64,000 nucleotides of DNA from a virus. Taxonomy: Duplodnaviria > Caudoviricetes. Positions 15,579-25,121 of this stretch are shown here, in pieces. The notes under the pieces are model-generated. The model saw only the letters and a program-made list of their open reading frames with translations, had not been told where the DNA came from and ran no database searches. The DNA is taken from the IMG/VR virus record IMGVR_UViG_3300047160_001842, positions 1 to 64,000 of that record; one strand, given 5' to 3'. The translations under genes were made by a program, and so were the position numbers. Numbering within the stretch: the first letter of the stretch is position 1; each line of letters begins with the position of its first letter.

Positions 15579-16662
15579 TCCAGCCTCGCGCGACGGTCAA
15601 CACCTGCTCGTCAAAGTGCTTCTTGAGAGCGGTTCCGTCGCTGAGGTTGGCGTTGGCCCAACTCGTCAGAAACTCGGTGGGCGTCTGAACACGGATCGAC
15701 TCGTTGCGTCTGGACACCATCGGCGCATAGTCGCCAATCACGCCGTGCGTGGTCGATCCAACGTACACCGTGTTCACCATCCCCTTCTCGATCATCCGCT
15801 TCAACTCTGACGGACTCTCGGCGAGTAGCGCGCCGGGGTGGCGCTTGTCGAACAGTTCCATCAGCGCAGCCTTGATCAGTTCTGGCGACGAATACCTGGC
15901 ATAGTAGAGGTCAGGGACGTCATCGTAAATCATCTGCGCCACTTCGTCGTGCCGCTTCGATTCGTACCACATGTCGCGCGTCAGACAACGCAGGTCCCAG
16001 TCGCTGACCGTCTGCCGGTCGCGCTCCAGCGAGATGAACTCAGGCTTGACGTTATAGCCAAACTTTAGGTTGTGCTTGTCGCTGATGAGCAGTGAACCCA
16101 CGTAGAGTTCACCGGGCCGGTCCAGCAGGATATCGCCCTTCATCGTCGGGATGGTCTGGCCGACTTCCGGCTGCATCTTCAGGCAGCAGCGCTCAATCGT
16201 CGCTCTGTCGGCATCGCTCAACCCTTCAACGATGAACGTCAGGCCGGTTCGCGAGCGCTTCTCAATGACCTCCTCGATGCACAGCAGATCGGTCCCATAG
16301 TTCTTGTTCATACGGAACATCGGCGTCCACGTGCGCTCGTTGTTGTAGATCGTGACCGGGTGGCCGATCCGGGTCAGGACCAGCAGGGCTATCTTGAAGC
16401 CCTCTCCGAACGAGCCGATGGCGCCTGAGTCGTTGGCCTTGCTGGTCGATCCGAGCAGGAGGTGATGCGGCTCCAAGCGTGAGTGCTCGCTTTTGAGCTC
16501 GAACGCCCATCCGCCGTCTTCTGCCGCAGGAATGAACGAGTACTGGAACGGCGAGTTGCTATCCAGAGAATTCTGGATGAGTTCACGCGCAGCTTCTGCC
16601 AAACCCCAGTGACTCACGTAGTCCTTGACGAGACTCAACTCATACACTTTGTTTCCGAACAT
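15562..16662 (-). CDS. GHKL-superfamily ATPase
   Basis: N box ARELIQNSLD; G boxes LLGSTSK and IGSFGEGFKIAL. Confidence 0.85.
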   Translation of the reverse strand: MFGNKVYELSLVKDYVSHWGLAEAARELIQNSLDSNSPFQYSFIPAAEDGGWAFELKSEHSRLEPHHLLLGSTSKANDSGAIGSFGEGFKIALLVLTRIGHPVTIYNNERTWTPMFRMNKNYGTDLLCIEEVIEKRSRTGLTFIVEGLSDADRATIERCCLKMQPEVGQTIPTMKGDILLDRPGELYVGSLLISDKHNLKFGYNVKPEFISLERDRQTVSDWDLRCLTRDMWYESKRHDEVAQMIYDDVPDLYYARYSSPELIKAALMELFDKRHPGALLAESPSELKRMIEKGMVNTVYVGSTTHGVIGDYAPMVSRRNESIRVQTPTEFLTSWANANLSDGTALKKHFDEQVLTVARGWINQRT

Positions 16663-16665
16663 TTC

Positions 16666-17007
16666 TTAGCTTTCTTCTGGCAACGGGATGATCTTGTATT
16701 CGCGATCCGGGTTGATGTCCTGGAACGTCTTCATGGACGACTCGGCATCCTCGCGCGAGTACGGGCCGATGAGAACCCACTCCGTCCAGACCATGGCGGA
16801 GGAGTAGTTGGCGCCGTCATAGCAACGCCGCTGTGGATCTGTGTTCACCTCCACCTGCTGACGGAAGTAGAGTTCAACCACTTCCTTCTTCAGCGGCAGG
16901 GCGATCTGGGCACTGCCGATCAGCGCGGCTACAGCCGCCATGCTGCGATTCTTTCGGGCCACTGACTTGTCCACTCCCGGCCCGATGCTGTATGTCTTGG
17001 CGGCCAT
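16666..17007 (-). CDS. Hypothetical protein
   Basis: AGGAG RBS. Confidence 0.65.
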   Translation of the reverse strand: MAAKTYSIGPGVDKSVARKNRSMAAVAALIGSAQIALPLKKEVVELYFRQQVEVNTDPQRRCYDGANYSSAMVWTEWVLIGPYSREDAESSMKTFQDINPDREYKIIPLPEES

Positions 17008-17015
17008 GTACGCTC

Positions 17016-17078
17016 CTACATCACAAGACTGGTGACGAGATAGATCACGGCCACGAAGGCGATTGCTTCCGCGTACAT
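17016..17078 (-). CDS. 20-aa hydrophobic micropeptide
   Basis: MYAEAIAFVAVIYLVTSLVM; GGAGG RBS. Confidence 0.4.
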   Translation of the reverse strand: MYAEAIAFVAVIYLVTSLVM

Positions 17079-17079
17079 G

Positions 17080-17394
17080 TCACCCTCCTGCGCTGCCGTA
17101 GTCAACAACGATGCCGCGAGCGACGCGCCTGACCGTATAGATCAGAACGCCGTTATCGTGAATCTCCGCTCGCGCGTGCTCCTCCTCGAACACCCGAACC
17201 ACGGCGGCGCGTATCGCCCCCTTCTCGCTGGCGCTCGCGCCGTGGGCGCTGTGTTCGCCGCCACGCGCCGTCCCGTAGTACAGCGTCTTGTACGGGCGGG
17301 CGGCTCGCGGCTTCGTTTCCACGAGGTGGAGGTGTGGCCGCTTCGTTCTCGCGCGCCCTGTTTTCGCTCTCTGGTCTTTCTGTGCTGTGTTCAT
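17080..17394 (-). CDS. Basic hypothetical protein
   Basis: ATGA coupling. Confidence 0.65.
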   Translation of the reverse strand: MNTAQKDQRAKTGRARTKRPHLHLVETKPRAARPYKTLYYGTARGGEHSAHGASASEKGAIRAAVVRVFEEEHARAEIHDNGVLIYTVRRVARGIVVDYGSAGG

Positions 17395-17708
17395 CGCTTT
17401 AGTACCTCACTAACTACGGTCAGAAAATCCCGCTCGCCACGTAGGCTGACGAGTCGGGAGCCTTCAACGCGACAGATGAAGAAGTCTCCATAGATCGGAA
17501 TCAGCCCCATCGTCGTATTGACGGCGAAGCCACTGGACCGTTCTTTGAGAATCCCCTCCTCGTCGCAGATGCACACAAATCCTTGGCGCATCCGGATCAA
17601 CTCGATGTACCCGCCGACTGCATCCTGCAGGGTCTTCAGATCGTCGTTGATCTTTTTGATTCTAGGAGTTTCACCGACGATGCAGTGAAGTATTTCAAGC
17701 TGCGGCAT
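17391..17708 (-). CDS. DUF3846-like protein
   Basis: LKTLQDAVGGYIE...ICDEEG...IYGDFFI. Confidence 0.7.
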   Translation of the reverse strand: MPQLEILHCIVGETPRIKKINDDLKTLQDAVGGYIELIRMRQGFVCICDEEGILKERSSGFAVNTTMGLIPIYGDFFICRVEGSRLVSLRGERDFLTVVSEVLKR

Positions 17709-17883
17709 TGACTGTTCCTACGTTGTTACCGTAGAGCGCCATCCACGCCTTGATGACGGTGTTCGACTCGCAGGGCGTCAACCCCTCGTCCTTCAGCCGC
17801 GACTGGGTCGCGTGAATGGTTCGATCCTCGTCAGCCATGCTATCGACGATGGCGAGAAAGTGGTCCATTACTTCGCGGATCAT
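17695..17883 (-). CDS. Hypothetical protein
   Basis: GGAGG RBS. Confidence 0.55.
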   Translation of the reverse strand: MIREVMDHFLAIVDSMADEDRTIHATQSRLKDEGLTPCESNTVIKAWMALYGNNVGTVNAAA

Positions 17884-18105
17884 TTAATCCTCCGTGGTGG
17901 TAGAAGCGACCACAACCATGTCACGCTCACCCTCGATGTTCAGCTGAACGAATTGGGCGTCAGTCATTCCGAGTTGTGGACAGTGGGCCAGAGCTTCGTT
18001 ATCGACGGCGGTGACGTCGATTCCGACACTCCCAAGCCGGTCGCGACGATCTTTGACGGCTTCATCGCCGTGTATGTAGTTGAGCCTGGCTGTAACGATT
18101 CTCAT
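17884..18105 (-). CDS. Hypothetical protein
   Basis: Abuts downstream gene. Confidence 0.55.
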   Translation of the reverse strand: MRIVTARLNYIHGDEAVKDRRDRLGSVGIDVTAVDNEALAHCPQLGMTDAQFVQLNIEGERDMVVVASTTTED

Positions 18106-18133
18106 GTTCGGTTTCTTGGTTATCGTCGGTCAA

Positions 18134-18370
18134 TCACCGACCGTTTGAGTATACGCCAGATGGGTGGCCGCTGAGTGATCCTTTCTCGCGCTCCAGAGTG
18201 ACGGTCTTGCCGCAATGGACACAGATTGCCTCGCGCTCGCTCGTCTTCCCGGTGGCAGGATCGAACGCCCACTGCCACTTGTGTTCGCGCTTGGCTGTGT
18301 CGCAGCGACTGTGGACCTCCCACTGTTCCAGCGGCATCGGCTTCTGTCCAGGATTCAGTGTCGCAAGCAT
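18134..18370 (-). CDS. Small Cys/His protein
   Basis: AGGAG RBS; C..H and CxxC motifs. Confidence 0.55.
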   Translation of the reverse strand: MLATLNPGQKPMPLEQWEVHSRCDTAKREHKWQWAFDPATGKTSEREAICVHCGKTVTLEREKGSLSGHPSGVYSNGR

Positions 18371-18416
18371 ATTCTGCTCCTATTGAGTGGGAGGATATCT
18401 TATGAGTTGCAAACAT

Positions 18417-18440
18417 GGACACGCGAACATAGGCCATAAT
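18417..18440 (+). promoter_or_regulatory. GGACAC-N12-CATAAT late-type promoter
   Basis: Hexamers and spacing identical to 23579-23602; upstream of portal. Confidence 0.7.
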
Positions 18441-18474
18441 CCTCTGCGCTCGACAACTTCGATCACCTACGCCT

Positions 18475-21400
18475 ATGTTCAAAAAGATCGCCACTTGGCT
18501 CAACCCCAAGCAGGACTTTGTCGATGAAGCGAAAACGCCGACTCCACCGACAGAGGCCAAGGCAGTCGATCCTCTCGATCCACTTGATGCAAAATCACGG
18601 CACACGCCGTGGCCTGAAGACAAGCTTGCCTTGGCCTTCGTCAAGGTTTCTGAATTCCCCACTTTCGACGGCCTTGCTGGCGGTGAAGTCCAGCAGGCGC
18701 GCGTCATGGATGGCGCCATCGCGAAGTCGAAAGCCACAATGGACATGCTCAGCGGCTCCAACGATAGCGAAGGGTCGCTGGGGCTTGCTATGAAGGGTGG
18801 TGGCTCGTTCCTCGGCGTTCCGGAGTCTCTTGGCCTCTGGTATATGTCGCAGGGCTTCTTCGGCTACCAGGCTTGCGCAATCATCGCCCAACATTGGCTC
18901 GTGGATAAGGCCTGCTCGATGTCCGGCGAAGATGCCGCGCGTAACGGGTGGGTTCTGTCCGCTCGCGGCGGTGATGAGGATTTGTCCAAGGAAGATCACG
19001 ACAAGCTGCTGGCTGAGGACAAACGATTCAAGATCAAAGAGAACCTGGTGGAGTTCAACCGGTTCAAGAATGTCTTCGGCATTCGCATCGCCATCTTCAA
19101 GGTCAAGTCGTCCGATCCGCTCTATTACGAAAAGCCGTTCAATCTCGACGGCTGCGGCATGGGCTGCTATGAGGGCATCTCCCAGGTGGACCCTTACTGG
19201 ATGACGCCTGTGCTGACTTCGGCTGGTTCCAGCGATCCGTCCACCATCGGCTTCTATGAGCCGCAGTACTGGGTGATCAACGGCAAGAAGTACCACATCA
19301 GCCACCTCGCAATCGTTCGTGGGCCGCAGCCAGCAGACATTCTGAAGCCCACGTACATCTTCGGCGGCATCCCGCTCACCCAGCGCATCTACGAACGGGT
19401 GTATGCAGCTGAGCGGACGGCCAACGAGTCTCCGCTGATGGCAATGTCCAAGCGGACAATGGCCATCCACGCCGACCTCGACAAGGTGTTGGCCAATCAG
19501 TGCGAGTTTGAGGAACGTCTCGCCCTGTGGATTAAGTACCGGGACAATCACGGCGTGAAGGTGCTTGGGACTGAAGAGTCCATGGAGCAGTTCGATACGT
19601 CGATGACGGACTTCGATTCCATCATCATGAACCAGTACCAACTGGTGGCGGCAATCGCGCGGACTCCGGCCACGAAGTTGCTTGGGACCTCGCCGAAGGG
19701 CTTCAACGCCACCGGTGAATTCGAGTCCAAGAGCTACCACGAGGAGTTGGAGAGCATCCAAGAGCACGTGATGCAACCAATGCTGGAGCGGCATTACGAG
19801 TTGTCTGCGCGCTCGATTGGCCTCCAAGTGCAACTCGACGCCGTTTTCAATCCTGTCGATTCCGTCTCCACCAAGGAACGCGCCGACCTGAACAAGCTCA
19901 AGTCGGACATGGGCGTGGCGCTCATCAACGCAGGCGTTATCTCGCCAGAAGAGGAGCGCCAGCGTCTGCAAGACGATGAGCACAGCGGCTATGACCGCCT
20001 TGCGGAAGGACAAAGCGCTGAGACGGAGCCGGGGATGTCGCCGGAGAATCTTGCGGCACTCCAAAAGGCTGGCGCCGCAGAAACGGCTGCAGAGAATCCA
20101 GCCGCTCCGAACCGGCCCCAACCCGGCGCGCGGGCGGACGTTGTAGAAAGTGTTCCTGGCCAATCGCCTGGGACGCTTGCGGCCCTCCTCCCACTCCTCC
20201 TCTCCGGTGTGTCTACGGACCCAGGAAAGCCGCCCGCCGACCCCACCATGGCAGCGCTGCTCCTCGTTCTGGCGAAGATGGCTGGCGCGACGGCTCCGGC
20301 GAATGACTCACCCACGAACGGATTCAGCGTTCAACCGTCAGTCAAAGGATCGGTTAAGGGAGGCATCCAGCGCGGCATTGCCCAGGATGACGGCGAAGTC
20401 GTCCGAAAGATGCCGCAGCACAAGTTGCCGAAGATGCGCTTGAACGGCCTCAACCTCGTCATCGAGAATCCGCGCGGAACGATCCGCACCGGTATCGATC
20501 TTGACGGCGTGGAGTGGGCTTCTCAAATGCCCGACCACTACGGGTTCATCAAGGGATACATGGGTGCGGACGGCCAGGACGTGGACTGCTTCATCGGCCC
20601 CAACCTCCGTGCCAAGTACGTTTTCGTAATCTCACAAAAGTGCCCTGAGACCGGTGAGTTTGACGAGTACAAGTGCATGTTGTGCTACGATACACCGGCG
20701 CACGCGGTCGCGACCTACAACATGGCGTACACGCCTGACTGGGACGGCTTCGATAGCCTGCTGGAGCCGATGGACTGGGACGAGTTCAAAGAGTGGCTGG
20801 AGTCTGGCGCGGCTGCAGAGGCTCCGGTGCATACGATATCCATGGCAGATGCGGCCGAGTGGAAAGAGTCCGATCACCCGCGCGCCAAGAACGGTCAGTT
20901 TGGATCGGGTGGCGGCGGTGGAGGTGGCTCCAGCAACAAGGGCGGTCTGGGCTCGGAAAAGGCTGGCGGCCCCACGGCACTCAACAAGAAGCTCGGCGCC
21001 AAGAAGGACGCCCTGCCCGCGCTCGCGAAGTCGCTGCACGAAAAGACAGGCAAGATTCCATCATCGGCTGAGTTCCACAAAGCCGCAACGGAGATGGGCT
21101 TCAACATCATCCAGGCTCAGTCGGACAAGTACCTGAAGATGTACAAGCCGGGTGCTCCCGCTCCGTCAGCGCAAGCGGTCAAAGCTGCGGCTGCGGCACC
21201 GCTTCCGCCCGCCTCCGATCCGAAGCCGCCAGTGGCGCAACCGGCTCAGACGGTCCAGGCCGATCACAAGAAGGAATCGGCTGACCTTGCGAAGTTCTAC
21301 AAGAAGGATTCGCCCACTGCGCTGGCCGAGTGGTACGCTGGCGCCGTCGGATATCCCAAGGAAGGAGTCTACAACGGCATAGCCTACTTCAAGGCTGCGA

Positions 21401-22176
21401 GCGGTCAAAAGGTGAGCTACAAGGAAGACACGGACACCTGGATGGCCATGGGTCCGGACAAGAAGGTGTTGGCACAAGGATCAGGCGTCAAGTCGATGAT
21501 GGAGTGGGCTGCAAAAAATCAGCAACCAGCCACAGCGCCAGCATCGACCACCGCGCCTTCCGCGACGGTCCACAACACGTCAACCGAAAGCGCCAAGACC
21601 TATGGCCACTCGGCTGTGCCGTATGAGAAGTTCACGTTCTCGACAAAGGGCATCGCTACTGAGAGTGCGTTCACTTCGAAGGTCAAAGAAGCTATCAAGG
21701 TCTATCGCGGCAGCGGATACAGCACGATCAATGACGCGATGCGATATAGCGCGCACTTCGATCCAGACACCGTCAGTCCGCAAACGATGGCTCACATCCT
21801 GAACCTCCAGCGCGCGTTCGCCCAAGTGCCGCCGACGCAGAAGGATGCATCTGTCGTTCGCAAGATCAAGACGGATGCCCTCAAGGCGCTGGCCAAGGAT
21901 GCCGGAGTGAAAGACCTCAAAGACCTCGCACCTGGGATGGTGTTCCGCGAGTCCGGTGTTATGTCCACGTCGCATGGCGAGATTGGATGGAGCGGGGACG
22001 TTAAGCTATCGATCAAGATTCCGAAGGGCTCAAAGGCAATCGACCTTAGCGAGACGATCAACACAGGTGAGCAAGAGGTGATGCTACCTCCGGATTCGAA
22101 GTTCAAGATCACCAACGTCACCAACACAAACGGCAAGCACCACATCGAGTGCGAGTTGTTGCAACACCACCACTAA
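18475..22176 (+). CDS. Portal protein (DUF1073-type) fused to a pyrophosphatase-like domain and an ADP-ribosyltransferase
   Basis: aa ~1-510 portal (AIIAQHWLVDKAC, LVAAIARTPATKLLGTSPKG); aa ~650-780 VIENPRG..HYGFIKG..GADGQDVDCFIGP; aa 796 WKESDHPRAKNGQFG; ART R1129, STS 1164-1166, EQE 1199-1201. Confidence 0.93.
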   Translation: MFKKIATWLNPKQDFVDEAKTPTPPTEAKAVDPLDPLDAKSRHTPWPEDKLALAFVKVSEFPTFDGLAGGEVQQARVMDGAIAKSKATMDMLSGSNDSEGSLGLAMKGGGSFLGVPESLGLWYMSQGFFGYQACAIIAQHWLVDKACSMSGEDAARNGWVLSARGGDEDLSKEDHDKLLAEDKRFKIKENLVEFNRFKNVFGIRIAIFKVKSSDPLYYEKPFNLDGCGMGCYEGISQVDPYWMTPVLTSAGSSDPSTIGFYEPQYWVINGKKYHISHLAIVRGPQPADILKPTYIFGGIPLTQRIYERVYAAERTANESPLMAMSKRTMAIHADLDKVLANQCEFEERLALWIKYRDNHGVKVLGTEESMEQFDTSMTDFDSIIMNQYQLVAAIARTPATKLLGTSPKGFNATGEFESKSYHEELESIQEHVMQPMLERHYELSARSIGLQVQLDAVFNPVDSVSTKERADLNKLKSDMGVALINAGVISPEEERQRLQDDEHSGYDRLAEGQSAETEPGMSPENLAALQKAGAAETAAENPAAPNRPQPGARADVVESVPGQSPGTLAALLPLLLSGVSTDPGKPPADPTMAALLLVLAKMAGATAPANDSPTNGFSVQPSVKGSVKGGIQRGIAQDDGEVVRKMPQHKLPKMRLNGLNLVIENPRGTIRTGIDLDGVEWASQMPDHYGFIKGYMGADGQDVDCFIGPNLRAKYVFVISQKCPETGEFDEYKCMLCYDTPAHAVATYNMAYTPDWDGFDSLLEPMDWDEFKEWLESGAAAEAPVHTISMADAAEWKESDHPRAKNGQFGSGGGGGGGSSNKGGLGSEKAGGPTALNKKLGAKKDALPALAKSLHEKTGKIPSSAEFHKAATEMGFNIIQAQSDKYLKMYKPGAPAPSAQAVKAAAAAPLPPASDPKPPVAQPAQTVQADHKKESADLAKFYKKDSPTALAEWYAGAVGYPKEGVYNGIAYFKAASGQKVSYKEDTDTWMAMGPDKKVLAQGSGVKSMMEWAAKNQQPATAPASTTAPSATVHNTSTESAKTYGHSAVPYEKFTFSTKGIATESAFTSKVKEAIKVYRGSGYSTINDAMRYSAHFDPDTVSPQTMAHILNLQRAFAQVPPTQKDASVVRKIKTDALKALAKDAGVKDLKDLAPGMVFRESGVMSTSHGEIGWSGDVKLSIKIPKGSKAIDLSETINTGEQEVMLPPDSKFKITNVTNTNGKHHIECELLQHHH

Positions 22177-22178
22177 TC

Positions 22179-22478
22179 ATGCCGCAGCTATATCAATCGG
22201 CGGAAGACCTCAACTCTGAAGCCGTCATGGAGACGGTTCTCGCAGCCACAAAGGCAGGCCTAATTCAGCAAGTCGTTGACGAGGGCCACGTGTTCTGCGC
22301 CAGGCCGGATTCGATGGAGCTTGTCGATGTCTTTCCGGACGGCTCTTGGGAGTACCAAAACGCCCTGGAAGACGGAGACATGGTCACGATGTCCGGCGCC
22401 AACGCAATGCTGCTGGCCATGTACCTATCCAGCGACGAAAACAAAGCCTTGTTCGAGAAAGAGCAGGGCGGCGAGTAA
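22179..22478 (+). CDS. Small acidic protein, candidate ART immunity/partner
   Basis: 99 aa, D/E-rich, 2 bp after ART stop, overlaps MuF start. Confidence 0.7.
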   Translation: MPQLYQSAEDLNSEAVMETVLAATKAGLIQQVVDEGHVFCARPDSMELVDVFPDGSWEYQNALEDGDMVTMSGANAMLLAMYLSSDENKALFEKEQGGE

Positions 22479-23335
22479 TGGCGTTCCAAGCGCGCAAGAC
22501 TCGTGAGCGGAAACGCCCTGATCCAGTCGGACAGGGCAAGCCGCTTACGCCAAGCGCGCCGATCCGCATTTGGTATCAGAACCAGATGTGGTCGGTTGTG
22601 AAGCCGATGCTGGAGGACTATCGAACCACCATCAAAGCGGCCCTAGAAGACCCAGAGGTGGCTCGTTTCTATGCGATGGACGATACCTCTACCATCCTTC
22701 AACGAACGCTCAACGCGCTCAACAAGAAGTGGTCTGATATCTTTCGCGGCTTCGCTGCTCAACTGTCGCCGAAGTTTGTTGCGAAGGTGGACGCGCAATC
22801 GAAGTCGTCAACGTGGTACAGCCTCAGCGCGGCAGGTGTCGAGCAGCCGCGCCAAGCATACACAGAGTCCGTCGCCAACACCCTCCAGTCGTCCGTGGAC
22901 TTCAACCACACTCTGATCACCAAGATTCAAGAGGATGTCCACGAGGAGCTTTACAACTCAATCATGCTTTCGCTGACCTCTCCGAATCCGGAGGAGCAGG
23001 GTATGAGTGGTATCCAGAACGCCCTCAACAAGGTCGGCATCACATCGAAGAAGCGCGTGGACCTTATCGCCCGCGATCAGAACAGCAAGGTGTATACGTC
23101 CCTGGCCACTGAACGCATGCGGCAGAACGGCGTTGAATACTTCGAGTGGATGCACTCTTCTGCCGGCAAGGTGCCGCGCCAGACCCACGTGGACAAGGAT
23201 GGAATGGTGTTCCAGGTGGACGATCCGCGCCTGTGGACCGGTCCAAAGGCAGACCAAGGCCCACCGGGCTGGGCAATCAACTGCCGGTGTCGCATGAAGC
23301 CCCTTATCGGATACAACCCGGAAGACGACGAGTAG
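22478..23335 (+). CDS. MuF/SPP1 gp7-family head morphogenesis protein
   Basis: LIARDQNSK...FEWMHS...PRQTHVDKDG...PPGWAINCRC. Confidence 0.9.
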   Translation: MAFQARKTRERKRPDPVGQGKPLTPSAPIRIWYQNQMWSVVKPMLEDYRTTIKAALEDPEVARFYAMDDTSTILQRTLNALNKKWSDIFRGFAAQLSPKFVAKVDAQSKSSTWYSLSAAGVEQPRQAYTESVANTLQSSVDFNHTLITKIQEDVHEELYNSIMLSLTSPNPEEQGMSGIQNALNKVGITSKKRVDLIARDQNSKVYTSLATERMRQNGVEYFEWMHSSAGKVPRQTHVDKDGMVFQVDDPRLWTGPKADQGPPGWAINCRCRMKPLIGYNPEDDE

Positions 23336-23347
23336 TTGGAGGTCAAT

Positions 23348-23554
23348 ATGCCGCTGATTCAAAGCTCATCGAACAAGGCCAGGTCTGAGAACATCGGGCG
23401 CGAGATAAACGCAGGCAAAGACCCAAAGCAAGCTGCGGCCATCGCCTACTCCGTCCAGCGGAAGAATGCCGGTGATATGGCGGCAATAAAGGCCAAGATT
23501 CGAGATGCCGTGAAGGTGCTTCGCGCGCTCGATGCCGCGTTGTCCAAGAAGTAA
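23348..23554 (+). CDS. Small basic head-region protein
   Basis: [27 protein letters not shown] motif; GGAGG RBS. Confidence 0.7.
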   Translation: MPLIQSSSNKARSENIGREINAGKDPKQAAAIAYSVQRKNAGDMAAIKAKIRDAVKVLRALDAALSKK

Positions 23555-23578
23555 TAGTGACGCACATTTCGTCGGCTA

Positions 23579-23602
23579 GGACACTAGCTGCCGGGACATA
23601 AT
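23579..23602 (+). promoter_or_regulatory. GGACAC-N12-CATAAT late-type promoter
   Basis: ATG 23613 lies 10 nt after the -10; no SD. Confidence 0.7.
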
Positions 23603-23612
23603 ACACGGCGAC

Positions 23613-25115
23613 ATGCCAGCATCCGCCCGCCAACAAGACCCCAACGGCTTCCTCCTCGTCAAGGGGTGCCCCATTTCGTCTTACGGCGTCTTCGAATACT
23701 CAGCCGCGCAAGTCGGCCTGAAGGATGGCGACCCCAACCGCATTGTGAACGTGTATCGTCCTGAGTCGGCGATCACTGACCCGAATTTTCTGGCGAGTCT
23801 CGACAACATCCCTCTCATCAACGATCATGAGATGCTGTCCGGATTCCCCGGCGACGAGTCTGCCACCGCACCTGAAGAGTATGGCGTTGACGGAGTTCTG
23901 TATGGCGTCCAATACTCTCAGCCGTGGGTCAAGGGCGACCTGAAGATGTTCTCTCGCTCGATGCAAGAGGAGCTGGACAGCGGCAAGAAAGACCTTTCCC
24001 TTGGCTACACGTGCGACTTTGTGCTGAGTGATGGGACGTTCAACGGAACGCCCTATGAAGTCATCCAAACGGACATGCGAGGGAACCATATAGCGCTGGT
24101 CGCAGCTGGCCGCGTCCCAGGCGCGCGAGTCCTCGATAGCCGACTTTCGAGCAAGACGGTACGCTGCTACGATCACCTAGATTTTCATCCACCAACGAAG
24201 GAAAGCCAAATGGCAAAACGTAAGGCCATGGATGGCGATGCGGTCGCCAATCTCCGCGCCCAGCTCAAGGCTCTACTGCCGGCCTTTGAGCAGTTCCTGA
24301 ACGAGGAAGCTGCCGAACCGGCCCACGCCGATCCTGCTGCAGCCGCTGCGGCCACCCCGGCTGCTGCCGCCGAGTCTGCCGATCCGACCGCTGCTGCACC
24401 CGCCGCTCCTGTCGCCGATCCGGCTGCTGCAGCCGCTCCGGCTGAAGCTGCGGCACAACCCGCTGCGGCACAACCCGCTGCGGCTGGCGCTCCCGATGCA
24501 AGCGCGCTTCTGGCGCAGCTCCAAGAAATCTGCAATCAGCTCAAAGCCCTCACGGGTGGCGAAGGTGGTGGCGGTGAAGAAGGTGCAGGTGGCGACCCCA
24601 CTGCCGCGCCGAACCCTGAATCAACCAACAGCGAGGGCGATCAAATGCCGGAAGCAAATCAACCGGGCGCAGAAACGCCCAGCGAAGATGCTGTGCAAGG
24701 TCTTGCAGAAGACCCCAACAGCCACAAACTCAACGTGGACAGCGCCGAGTCCGGCGCGACCGGCGAACAAGGCCAGGCATCGCCCGGTCCCGCCGCTGGT
24801 AAGCACACCGGCCAAGACGCTGCCCTGCGCGCCGTCTACGCCGACACCGCTGCCAAGAACAAGCTCTATGACCGCCTGTCCAAGGTGGTTGGCGCTTTCG
24901 ACGCGGCGCTGGACATCCCCACGGCAACCGCCGCAGATGTCGCCTCGTATGGCCTCAAGAAGTTGAACCTCAAGGCTGCGAAGGGCCAAGAGTTCACCGT
25001 GCTGGATTCGTACCTGCGTGGTGTCGAGTCCGCACGTTCCGCCCCCGTGCAGCGCGCCGTCGCGGCTGATGCCGCAGCCGAAGTGCCTGCCATCGCTGCC
25101 TATTTCAAGGAGTAA
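23613..25115 (+). CDS. DUF2213 prohead protease/scaffold
   Basis: PLINDH, DLSLGY, GNHIALVAAGR; Ala/Pro/Glu-rich scaffold; position before capsid genes. Confidence 0.9.
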   Translation: MPASARQQDPNGFLLVKGCPISSYGVFEYSAAQVGLKDGDPNRIVNVYRPESAITDPNFLASLDNIPLINDHEMLSGFPGDESATAPEEYGVDGVLYGVQYSQPWVKGDLKMFSRSMQEELDSGKKDLSLGYTCDFVLSDGTFNGTPYEVIQTDMRGNHIALVAAGRVPGARVLDSRLSSKTVRCYDHLDFHPPTKESQMAKRKAMDGDAVANLRAQLKALLPAFEQFLNEEAAEPAHADPAAAAAATPAAAAESADPTAAAPAAPVADPAAAAAPAEAAAQPAAAQPAAAGAPDASALLAQLQEICNQLKALTGGEGGGGEEGAGGDPTAAPNPESTNSEGDQMPEANQPGAETPSEDAVQGLAEDPNSHKLNVDSAESGATGEQGQASPGPAAGKHTGQDAALRAVYADTAAKNKLYDRLSKVVGAFDAALDIPTATAADVASYGLKKLNLKAAKGQEFTVLDSYLRGVESARSAPVQRAVAADAAAEVPAIAAYFKE

Positions 25116-25121
25116 TCAACC

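Noticed and set aside
24330-24500. GCT/GCC-rich quasi-repeats in DUF2213
   Set aside because: Encode an Ala/Pro scaffold linker; ordinary low-complexity coding sequence.
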